Shown here: positions 61,001-64,000 of the stretch, piece after piece | How the letters are laid out: the number at the start of each line of letters is the position of its first letter | Position numbering within the stretch: the stretch's first letter is position 1 | NCBI GenBank assembly: GCA_947624105.1 | Contig: CANQIX010000001.1 | Span: 1,866 to 65,865 of the forward strand | Direction of reading: 5' to 3' | Source: an uncultured Clostridia bacterium | GTDB lineage: Bacteria > Bacillota > Clostridia > Christensenellales > UBA1242 | DNA length: 64,000 bases | Position numbers and translations under genes: made by a program | Notes under the pieces: generated by a model | Databases searched by the model: none | What the model saw: only the letters and a program-made list of their open reading frames with translations | What the model was told of the DNA's origin: nothing

Positions 61001-64000
61001 AAGTGTGATATCACCATACGCGCCTGGTCCATAAAGCGTTCTTGAGCCAGCAGTCGAACCGAGATAATTTGCTCCGTCAACCCACGCTGGTGTTGGATTT
61101 TCGGCAGTAATAAGAGTTGTCGTTCCTAATGCTGCTCCGCCCTCAGTTTGGCTAACTGTCCAATAGTCAAAGGTGTAACCTGTTCTTATTGGTGTAGGAA
61201 GTTCAAGCACTGACAGAATTGTATACTTAACAATATAGTCAAGTTCTGCAACTCCGTTCATTTCGCCTTCGGTTGGATCATAAGTGATTGTATATTCGAT
61301 TGGCTCATAAATTTCAACCAAATTGAATGTTCTTGCGTTCTTATCGGCGTTGTAATATATCCACAAATTGTCGCCGTTAATATATGGATTTTCAATCGTA
61401 TCTGTCTTTCCGTAGTAGGTCGTGTTGTATACAAAACTTCCGTTTTCGTTTGTAATCTGCAAAACGTCTATGTTGTTGTCCGCTCTAATTCCATAGCCGA
61501 TAAAGGTGTATCCGGTCATTTCGGAATATACTCTTGCAACACGCGTTTTGGTTGTGTTGTCTAAGAGGTAAAGGTTGTTTGTTCCATAATCTACATAGAT
61601 TGTTGGCACTGTTTCGCCTTCGCCATAAGGAGTAACTTCCGTTGTTGCAATGTTAACTGTTGAACCTGCCGTTTTTGTGATGTTCAACTGATAAGACGAC
61701 ACTGTGAAGTAGTCATACAAATCTCTTATCGTTGCGCTCTTCCAAACTCCGCTCAGCGTTGCAGCAGTTTCCGTGCCAAGAATAACACCTCTTTCGTCTG
61801 TTACAAGCACGCCTGTTGTGTTTTCTAGCGCCCAACCAGTGAAGTCATAGCCTATCTTTGTTGCATAGAAGGAAGCAATCTTGTTTTCGTGTTCGCGAAT
61901 TGTATCTTCCTTTGCATAGACATTTTCATATTCTTTTGTCGCTCCGGTTGTGCTTACAAAGGTGTAAGTGAGTTGTGTTGCATCGTTGTAGAAGACATTT
62001 GTGTCGTAAACTACATAAATTGTATCGCCTGCTACACTTAGGTCAGCCCCATTGCTATCTTTAACGATAAGGTTTGAGGTGTCGTGATGCAGCGTGATTG
62101 GAATAACTGTTTCTTTCCAAACTGCAAACAACTTTCCTGCAGTGTAAATTGTTTGATAAATCTGTCTGTTTGCGTCCCAACTGATTGTTTCGCCTGCATA
62201 CAGCATTATCGACTTGTCTTCTGTCGTCCAGCCGACAAGCATATATCCGCTAAGTCTAAACGTATCACTTGGAAGAGTGGTGTATTGCGATGCCGCCGTG
62301 ATGCTATCTTCAACAGCGCCCTCCGAACTTCCACTTTCGTTGTAATATTCAAGAGTTTTTGTTGATGCTGCCCAACCTGTGTAAAGGTTGACAGTGTTTT
62401 GTGTTAAATCTAAGTTTGTGCCTTTTGTTGCATATATCCTTGCCCACGCGTTACTCATAAACGCACCTGCAAGGTTGATTACAAGGCTTGCGTTTGTTCC
62501 CTCTGGCTCTGCGTAATATCCACTTGGAGCGAAGAAGTTACCTTCCATTGTTGGCCACGCAACTTCGGTCGTTTCGGTGCAGTCGTAGTTGCTATACAAA
62601 GTGTCTGAATCGAATTTTGCATATCCAACAACCGTTGTGCTTGAACCAGTGTAAGTCGCAACTGTGTCTGGCTTAGGATTTGCATTAAAGGTGATGGTAA
62701 TTACATCTGCATCCCATTGCGCTTCAAAAGTCGAACCGCTTACTCCGTTGTTGTCTATTGCGCTTGTCCACGTATATGTGATGTAGAAGGTCGACTCGTC
62801 AGTTATATACAAACTTGTTCCTTGCACCTTCCAACCTTTAAATGTGTAGCCATCACGACTTGGAATAAATGCCGTGTTCGACTGCTCGTCTGCGATAAGC
62901 ACATATCCGCCCGATGTGTGCATATATATTTCGTTTGTGTCAAATCTTGCATAAACATTGTTGGCGTCATCAGCACCCATAAGCGCAAGTTCCGCTTCCG
63001 TTGTTTGATCTTCGTTTACTGTCGAATCATTGAGATTTACTCTTACCCTTATATATCTTGCTTCCCAAACAGCATAAAGAGTCATCTTTGCATCGGTGTA
63101 AACCCAATTTCCATATTCGTTTGTGATTTTAATGTCGCCATTTGAAACACTTGGCAAAAGCATTCCAGCCTCGTTTGTAACAAGAATTGTTCCGTCTGCA
63201 TCTGCAGCCCAACCTTTGAAGACATAACCTTCTCTTTCTGCTGCAAATGGTTCGATTGGTTGTGGCTCACTGGCGCTGATGTAGAACCCTTTGCCGTCCA
63301 TCAATACAAAGACTTCTAAATCGCTTCCTAGTAGGCTGTCTACCTTAGAACCTAACCACTGAACTTGCGCTGTTGTTGAACCCTTGTTGTCAGCACTGTC
63401 GTTTAAGTTAAGGTCAACTGCAATTCTACCTTGCGACCATTGTGCAAACAATCTGTATGTTGGATTTGGTTCATCGGCATCATCGTCCCAAGTGTTGCCA
63501 AGCCCAGTTTCGTCGTTATTCCACAGCATTTGAACGGTTGCATAAACACCATCTGGAGATGTTGCAAAGTAGCGTTGCCCTGCAGAATCTACCGTCCAAC
63601 CGCTGAACATATATCCAGCACGCGTTGGAACAAAATACTCTCCAGTAACCTCATCACTTCTAGTGCCTGTTGCAATAAGCGTGTCATTTATATAAACTTC
63701 ACTTGTGTCAAATTTGATATATACATAACTGTATGGTTCGCCTTCATAAGTAAATGATGGCTCTGTTGTTCCGTTTCCTTTGTTTAGGTTTAATCCAACC
63801 TTAACCTTTCTAGCCTCCCAAATCGCAGTCAAGGAGATGGTGTCTTTGTCGCCATCATAAATCCATTGTCCGCCTTGCACATAGTTAGTTCTCGATTCGT
63901 CTTCATTTGTTATATAGAATTCGTCTTCAAAAGTCCCGTCTTCTCCAACAATAGTTGCCCCTTCAGTCTGCCAACCGCGGAAGATATATCCATTGCGCGA
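40076..64000 (-). CDS. giant (>7,974-aa, N-terminus off-window) surface protein of Listeria-Bacteroides/InlB B-repeat type with C-terminal TM anchor
   Basis: A single open frame of 23,925 nt. The 40 codons 5' of the track's GTG (63881-64000) are also open and encode …NGYIFRGWQTEGATIVGEDG…. There are roughly 40 copies (eye count) of G-[YF]-x-[FL]-x-G-W followed by [LV]-[YT]-A-x-[WF]. The C-terminus is VGLGIAIFWLWILIIILLIIII followed by KTKREIDKEKKRIS. Confidence 0.95.
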   Translation of the reverse strand, partial: SRNGYIFRGWQTEGATIVGEDGTFEDEFYITNEDESRTNYVQGGQWIYDGDKDTISLTAIWEARKVKVGLNLNKGNGTTEPSFTYEGEPYSYVYIKFDTSEVYINDTLIATGTRSDEVTGEYFVPTRAGYMFSGWTVDSAGQRYFATSPDGVYATVQMLWNNDETGLGNTWDDDADEPNPTYRLFAQWSQGRIAVDLNLNDSADNKGSTTAQVQWLGSKVDSLLGSDLEVFVLMDGKGFYISASEPQPIEPFAAEREGYVFKGWAADADGTILVTNEAGMLLPSVSNGDIKITNEYGNWVYTDAKMTLYAVWEARYIRVRVNLNDSTVNEDQTTEAELALMGADDANNVYARFDTNEIYMHTSGGYVLIADEQSNTAFIPSRDGYTFKGWKVQGTSLYITDESTFYITYTWTSAIDNNGVSGSTFEAQWDADVITITFNANPKPDTVATYTGSSTTVVGYAKFDSDTLYSNYDCTETTEVAWPTMEGNFFAPSGYYAEPEGTNASLVINLAGAFMSNAWARIYATKGTNLDLTQNTVNLYTGWAASTKTLEYYNESGSSEGAVEDSITAASQYTTLPSDTFRLSGYMLVGWTTEDKSIMLYAGETISWDANRQIYQTIYTAGKLFAVWKETVIPITLHHDTSNLIVKDSNGADLSVAGDTIYVVYDTNVFYNDATQLTYTFVSTTGATKEYENVYAKEDTIREHENKIASFYATKIGYDFTGWALENTTGVLVTDERGVILGTETAATLSGVWKSATIRDLYDYFTVSSYQLNITKTAGSTVNIATTEVTPYGEGETVPTIYVDYGTNNLYLLDNTTKTRVARVYSEMTGYTFIGYGIRADNNIDVLQITNENGSFVYNTTYYGKTDTIENPYINGDNLWIYYNADKNARTFNLVEIYEPIEYTITYDPTEGEMNGVAELDYIVKYTILSVLELPTPIRTGYTFDYWTVSQTEGGAALGTTTLITAENPTPAWVDGANYLGSTAGSRTLYGPGAYGDITLTAHWTPNPYTVYINLNDSADLNGSTLAAIDWVGTSITSTNGVDGAVIVIFDGTYMSISADTSTEAIEPFTASREGYEFAGWAVASGEFVTDRQGIFLQNVDGYIRDGKWIYADSLTLYAQWTANKYEVTTNYNVPPASKSKDVTLLSDKDTKYFEFDTTNVYHGDIKYSQTEFIPSRTGYTFKGWAIATKGGNSFITLIDETGAFIPNVADGDTNYTNDLGNWINPSEVTIYAQWEIITYDVYFYLGEGGSVGSDVNAEYVSGQVELSSVIATGGQQIYTTEYSLIIKLSYDIEGETGSNEGSGKSITTYSSQEILKVGYTLEKWIFAGYVTPQNLSAPLNVWTDIANDNITNGYKIDGAPNYGSVLYYAQWKVNEYRIELKPKVEGELYPKETSTIPGKTTVIENVEFTEVAPFTLPFTAKGYTFNSWSISTTQSNVTVENKDITQLPGCAEATFTTTQDVIDFIAANGEVGLYTYELDGVTTYYAFGLNTANGGIATLSGTWDPIPYKINIDSADTDNQGHELTSPTIVDGLVTEYTTNYDAYQQLAGVVCNGYIFAGWAVGDPNAEVRTIEIDATQYQQVGDYFNVEAVRTPGIYKYLDYYYAYNLSADGSPVTIYATWAPGYAKYKINIMVETESGDYSTTTYSIETEGISGTPVPTEDNALYEVVNQYLIEHPDFFDYTKGYKYSDKYYSTNQPEDSITILGNGTLEIYLYYDYETYTITYVDCDSTKDTYTTTYKMSTTEIFVPYYTINGSELIGYKVKGTDGADNNWLESYDLDINNNKISDYVVKLLIGSGLYGNVTLSAQFKDVEYIVAFDANTDGLNSMLSGMTAPVTEVPYSQPTLLTQNGFNLSGYTFAGWSFNGADPIDVTGNLHLVADVAANNESAQEYIKTLEEAGVYYYTFAGATYYYAYKLTNVKGEVVTLDAIWEANYIEVTLRLNPTSDEVSVPKFVYNDVEYSTVYVRYNTTEYYVKQDEEYIYIDNFLPERTGYIFAGWFYNSTDGVKMSTETTDGVVTMVVSWNYTAEALGSVECFGDRPVYLYAAWTPRTYTVIYNSNGANVGTGAPVRQTFTFGQNDMNSLRVYTDAQTGFAKIGYTFQGWSTDYIAIDDNVEFYAEELIAKYADGQTQILDNLLEDSLLYKLLLYGTVNLFVVWKADVITITFDPNDSLSANPNGSTEATLDGGNVTIIEGTNRSQKGVNYDYNIGDLPTYLRDGYEFRGWSKTQVMSSGLTYDGITRQVKDAEGHIIELVAETTPVNNDNFENASSKTVTLFAVWTARSYLVTYNSNYGAVNPTYSDPILAVFDENYTLLTFDSTHLAINVGYSFAGWAVNDRLGAIEYPCQEDTVIKWTYPAATTFYAQWIENRYTILFDDGVEADDPTQPTLLPGKTDSITDILYTAVQSFNDVYERAGYEFDGWKVLSVDDTSYAENPLAPTILSSDVYKSVEEVVAAIPTLGGTFFEYISTTGLKTYFVHKISAKANGEVTLTAMWKALPVAYRVEYHVETIDSSRNAQTDEEREYEMITIYTDETRTDTAPARAQAGTVLVIDDYTGYALTCEERAYFKAYANKYETNGENNSLIVLGDGSLVVKLYYTRAAYEVLMTNGKGIASSSLTSKSTKEDKAIDGAKQGGVETYAYSVYYNEIIQFGIEMRPGYNQPTVYKGFSSSDERVGTVGDTYVVLGAEIFYLEASPNTNTPVKVYAYLEEINGNTGKETRTYKLYENVVSVGLTTDTTLGLDESDSVDLVVLKNEESNWSYNLQYVGFKYEKYTITYTLNGVETNTTVVEGNGTTIISVYFMRNQFTVSLDLGTGIQSVSASSVNALIDEVVDSTEKVDIKAYYGDILIIDAKSKPGYTFSHIWVLSTTGASRAYTQVEVGSVDATYTAQATAKPYTIILNPTAGGTVEPSSITATYDQVKEITPIPVKYGWTFAGWATEEVVESNARTDVTAVEEITEAGLYFIGGRYYAFNLATGELDNLTATLFACWTATVYTIRYRLGKDATLNEDVEGYAQTEDYYTITYTIEDTFNLLDKTQVTRIGYTLSTWTVTTHDAIYNAEVWKSEPLKEGAEISGAYGNVTLVATFTANTYKVTLYQNSAEDGSDTVKTETEATYDDLFTFPTMATLGWTKAGYNFFAWWDIAEYLDKDKEQQKLHEVSNVDGGSITWKYPKDMEFFVHWAPGETAITINIYKETLSTGEYADPDVYTAWKAETDSFFDVLQDMAENVLNGVVVTNGDLATTQFNYTGFSYAYFEYYLNDVKQNEIEDATKDEEGRFKYTTKKNLQIIATGAGTRIDLYFTRNSYDLTLTISTAESGYNNGIASVTLNEDTIVTESIQKTFKYDEAIEISATLQPHGYTFAAWIVEGTTPANLSANLMTVQTIKMGAGDVILTATANLIIYQITYMPEGGSIRGKAEEDYDITYHIEKEITLPEIVRVGYDIVGWKASGDDNNWNEETYVSPVAAGKYGNVTLTAQWEAKKVAVTLDMNAKVGTVSEAKFVYNGVEYFEVYVEYDTTKIYVKTSAEGAERDEYALISDNDTDVKYFNIVREGYDFLGWTITKDGVLVTNEYGQLNSPWSTESIGDTADTSYTITFFAKWDPKIYYLTVKTFNDHTNKEVPNVNTIVRAANPEEQDNVVWDSANEHYTVTFDTEIYLRATMNTGYSFVKYTVASSEKSLSYSNPDNNFKIYTYSENTVLTIHIANNEYTIEYDQHNRKADVGPIPSQVAYYNEASLLVSGPDNYFLKGYDFAGWKIGAYDDTGIETFKGVSVVKPVSAALVHDGSAEGIRAAVTEYLVNAGNANGIYAYSYNDVTYYYGFNLSVGVNPNVLENGELQPNPEVANTIVIVCPCWIEGVAFYDILVYLEGLDGKYYLDVELKDAGEFTTHTQNANYGGQVMSKTATHITISPYSYRGFSFAETVEDVNGETFSSVTSIIVAADDSSDVILYYTRNTYNITINVPLKGIKEITVVDGEGTESITETTIKKAKYYSSLQFTAVVADGYTFNYWIVSTNTQQRVTEAYMEIKNVQSAYDIAVNITANPQYYTLQFKLQTLEGVLESGWENDEFTTVGLTLGASMAPVDSTITLLTFGTSKNIYDSNEIAYTLNEFITTYYSGYSLSSIVDLVVTYNDAASYRDAINGVYTKGEISNLIVYLKLNTYTLTLTQGVIGLKSLSAKTGDFVTEITEEGSLVRTYTVYYTQLVELKYEVAPGYKVVSLENWTITSTAEITLAGDITGYNGTVTFNMVSNNVNVRLAPEPQYVKITLAYHLETFKDGEYDDEPYTTQEAYGLTDKAIELLSDIKKAGEEEDVYISFTNADLVVIEGFTYTSFITGIVVNGDIENFPTVIDVFYTRILVDLSIDLGLGVESVQLSINEEGYTVEQTLSTSSVVSVKFDANVTLTTTAKVGYTATTYTIMGEDKPVNAEWQFIFKMPAEEVTAMANALPNAYEIILDLNGGNRINITYDNDAATKVRDNKVYVVYDSKSIYSTVSKTEPATYLSKDLISTITAERKGYSFRGWALTSTASFDEVIIGISGTLNNNWIVAENETIYAVWEAYQYTVGINAGTPKVVVGINSTVGTTAAATYDTALNITTYSQRFGYNGYDFGGWSTSNEAGSVSEAQLIEEVFEFADVNELTSQITAYLRGLGDAQGIYLYTHVEDGETTNYYFAFNLTDQQNARFDIYACWIAKEYKITYETNGGSIIDRLLHASNTKYSEVEADSIYTYSYTIEETFALLADQEILLTGYTLVCWNRLNVLDGSGWSASKYAQAERVSRVYGDVTLTAEYTANEYYINVRIGGYKVDMAASGSELIITAHDFTASEITNPYNLSGYAFVGWTLINATVTEVNMNELTSITYNNGYVYNGETFSELVDAISKYLNDISADAGIYYMNDNRGVERYFAYNLSMDPGANAYVYACWVAKEYKITYELGEGRLTEATLEDPAFEDLGNGKYEFTYTVESGIIIERHSTLQLVKPDQIICAGYALANWKLTVDPSSLDYNSVTWSKSTYSAGSSVTDAFGNVTLTATYSVITYRITYDYQGGRNVDGERVSSDNVYTYTIEEEFNLLMKTEVNRTGYTLSGWTVIEIEGTDYNSEVWEIEKTFTAGETISRGAYGHVKLRAVWEANKYTVYVNYNDETKSTKVNTEIYPVEYRDAVYGTALLIKTPELVGYKFVGWTTTPNGSDESQGGFTDPADIISKGIYHIGENYYVYNLATGADGSTGEVENLSQMIYALWEAQNVDYTIAFVFETLDGTAYTNDGTNENTGEALIPSITGNQWLADTTITIEEILNKVLESTGGSDYPVVNGFSVDQTKILLANINADGSTVINVTYSRNYYDLAVDADTGISGITVTSAERESLIVEYVRRTTTAYSVRYGAKIKVTATINNPGYQFEKFIFIDDENADGIEYSGDGIETVDNTYSTTLTMGYILGAYIKAYATERTYDIIMQANKGQYHAADGSTSTSYTLTGSRYMIDVVDLSAVTGFERDGFTLLGWSSDEFASEGFTTYTMTGVYRESVTLYAIWGVDYYAVNIQLDAGIDPAYVTINGSVAIYKLISFETTVSIKVEMQGVDKGYYISRISYSIDGISVDDATQTYDQAKTDDYLFTFTMPETNVVVTIETEYRTDAQILVYYVQEGVSGIGDAEFISDEVDLAARIALLGTDLANYSVGKYNDRAYVILKNLTTNDRVTLGYLASVIPSYNGFVASYFNNGGSIEDPEIYVEYNNAINPGDAGAEFTTVYVYFTRYDYTLTLVDTAEDKISTLTAAQVIAGTVNTTTTEGVYDVTFGAEVLLTIQTEVGYHLDGFTLNIKGSMNSPVGEKDIDLTGILTPDTIYTYTFGNGVSISITLMPGMDETYILRYMPCYDLVLAAVAAPDIHKIYYYRNDGVSEEPYEQEVAYGQPYEIYKITSVGVDGADWSREGYSFIGWAESQPAANAEVVSYYDTLITTYEAYNRTSDITLYAIWVTNTYKLTFVVDEETTVYMNESATSARELYVSYGASTYKSSRTAYSASTSTGGRYTIEDDFPYLPAGTTYLSVRAEKDGHSFVGWATTENGKLNDGDETFTAILIDDKGSIRNGVWTYTAGDINLYPIYRLAQYTLRISANEKYFESFGATDGDLVYEPLKPSESGYSNGYVTLLATTEFGTKLTLSYTVQAGYEFDSWNNSLVQEEEGVYTIVIPAGNITLLPTATPIVYTITFNGNTTENYRQEGENYTTEEGSFMLDRELGEYQPGIAYTEFKQGFRYDEITKFNTPNFKLSGYTFRGWAWEANATEIDFAYDYSMRYTFTEDKTLYAVWEARQDTEYEVVLSFQNTDGTTTDVSVKLTGKTNAKITQENVQTALERAFNERLYNPGEVIEGFEFNFNADEVDTYIGGDGKSSVTVDITRVVNTYTFVITPESNVEELSIVFTNPGQDATTVTANAGEEVTTTTFDVAYGVQITFTPRMVEGYEVAIYSIYSAYEGSFDTTKLVDSADLSDSRREGDVFRYVAVEFGYYITLSTEAHVYRVTYHRNYTESDETIAQISVSYSSYFTISGVVVNGITWARMGYNFMDWQDDEGQDYIAEQSIPFLFSKDLDLYAQWEAVTYTVTYLETFASTSSDYTQVLTYDQLELLNMNPFTRTGYKYAGWTMVNGGRDISVLINPPEDNNFESIEDVKAYIAENQTLTSGSIYRYVYSGTTYYFGYNLLNIIPDANGYSYTGNYVYAVWDAIVYTVKLDQGRGEDRQQIQLEAKYQNEGFTTFEYDRVYTISPFVEVANWSFQGYAFDGWYYYANNDTSTSKIFLTASNPADIMNTTFNFANLTTKDNEEIILYAEWALGSTTYKIYVAYQEIVNGRIVYGGNDEVEAATVSDRSEKEISAENAFLYLTNRDYKFRYGFSYDITYNANKSVIIQGDGSSIVRVYMARDYFDITLNYGVGITSASVKTTDFIKLLSSNVASITYSVLFGYEMEITGVIKVGYTYGDHIFVNDEGIYTITKQSESVREGVTTVVFKVNTVAAKMEELRLTSLVLDTIATPREDTPFAVKVYFAGDQTTDYAFGEPFEIGRGTLFGTTDAPIPYNLQMLLAALADLEISIVGFDKDNIRVEYVNSNYDETTDGYLLNGNGLSEIHYYFYRQQFRITFLSVAGGGVKRLPASTTAVSGDLISVNFELYKGYDINEEEQVTFYSEGEVKNAIVRPVYQSTTEYTLSFTMPTNDVEVQINVIPRDDTYYTVRYSFATIDGQYGDHEGNVGRFSEGYRTTGVTGTELTEDMIREAVEKIMAEDKTAYFDPYNIFAVEGVPARISAEEEVIITVLFSRKVFTFAVTMSDTYNGYINDSLSIVIDGVSRTSNSISSSIEYNRITYYYDVMVGSSIEISFAVKAGYTFPGFNFTSSEGSVEVLVPAVQGTLPDSTPLYRTSRNFVVPALKSDEVLNVELIIEPELTQYRVDYFVQKRTIDISKAGDRDVENYDFRFRETARTYTNTVILIDEEVPMSIRVETLVEDRLTFLDYADKVFVATLPGYVADDFSGYNFANMWARVVIDKNGQVTPVEDERYSVDYTGNTTIQIYINLIMVKIDIQIDEPERIGSFSGDEYYFFGNTAPISLTTVPGYKIVGLSIKGSEKSIEPVENKVTDEDGRTYTTWSLTYELLINSESYYKVNGAGEFVYDDGGNYIIEVYITTEELEDTEFTIYLFYEVLSGIEDDDISDTLGVHSYIATVEKGYGRTNAPISTTDYVVPTRAGYQYYSEDASAFINGDGTSYIKIYFNLIRVSFVVNIGSGISATTITDIFGSLEPGSDINNYTALYTEYINISVTTEPTYSVSSVIVNKQQIPVGDSIGFTVPAEDFEVYIYTERMQVTLIYQGNGGRTENGNSTYRVTNPYGTVADIEENMFIREGYVFKGWATTQSKASQGEVDITETQIEFIPEEGQTTISIYAVWEEEPTDWVKVGLGIAIFWLWILIIILLIIIIKTKREIDKEKKRIS
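40121..40186 (-). other. C-terminal transmembrane anchor of the giant protein
   Basis: 22-aa hydrophobic helix followed by a 14-aa Lys/Arg/Glu tail. No LPXTG. Confidence 0.8.
40202..40465 (-). repeat. example unit: last Flg_new-type B-repeat before the anchor
   Basis: VTLIYQGNGGRTENGNSTYRVTNPYGTVADIEENMFIREGYVFKGWATTQSKASQGEVDITETQIEFIPEEGQTTISIYAVWEEEP. This follows Y-x-G-N-G-G…Y…L-P/[ED]…R-x-G-Y-x-F-x-G-W…[IL]-Y-A-x-W. Confidence 0.75.

Noticed and set aside
40076-64000. Whether the periodic repeats could be a CRISPR array, or whether the giant genes carry DGR-type variable regions, invertible promoters or phase-variable homopolymer tracts.
   Set aside because: The repeats are long, diverged, in-frame coding modules with no spacer structure. 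No reverse transcriptase or template repeat is in the window. I found no inverted repeats flanking the promoters and no homopolymer or short tandem repeats near the 5' ends of the two starts that are visible.
1-64000. tRNA, rRNA, transposase, integrase or prophage genes that could explain insertion of the giant genes.
   Set aside because: I scanned all intergenic regions larger than 60 nt. There are no cloverleaf-compatible sequences, no GTTCGAATC-type T-arm, no IS-like terminal inverted repeats or target duplications, and no recombinase-like ORFs.

Overview
This is a 64-kb chromosomal segment from a low-GC (about 40% by eye) Bacillota-type bacterium using the standard genetic code. About 27 kb is a housekeeping backbone whose gene order resembles the oriC-proximal region of Bacillus/Clostridium genomes: aspS; rpmG-secE-nusG-rplK-rplA; dnaX-ybaB-recR-argS; dus-pgk-tpiA; MOP flippase-hup; rplI; tatD-rsmA; spmAB; holB-ricT(yaaT)-yabB-like methyltransferase. 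The other 36.8 kb (57.5% of the window) is three genes for giant surface proteins, each ending in a C-terminal transmembrane helix plus a basic tail, with no LPXTG motif. Two form a convergent pair built of PKD/HYR-like Ig modules (2,841 aa and 1,450 aa); the 1,450-aa gene follows rplA directly, where rplJ-rplL is normally found. The third is longer than 7,974 aa, with its ORF still open at the window edge. It contains roughly 40 Listeria-Bacteroides (InlB B-repeat, Flg_new-type) repeats plus about 15 iterations of a beta-grasp-like module paired with a divergent B-repeat. Other observations worth a second look: (1) dnaX is split at an A9 run, so its tau-type C-terminus is reached only by a -1 frameshift or a one-A insertion, unless the assembly has a homopolymer error; (2) a small island of lineage-specific genes holds two weakly paralogous ~150-aa proteins with conserved promoters and an operator-like palindrome, plus a 503-aa protein with a 39-bp coding tandem repeat; (3) an orphan HicB-like gene; (4) a probably leaderless holB; (5) a 490-bp ORF-free spacer carrying six same-strand CTAAA(A)ACA motifs. 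I recognised no rRNA, tRNA, CRISPR array, transposase or integrase. All domain calls come from motif reading by eye; no database search was run.
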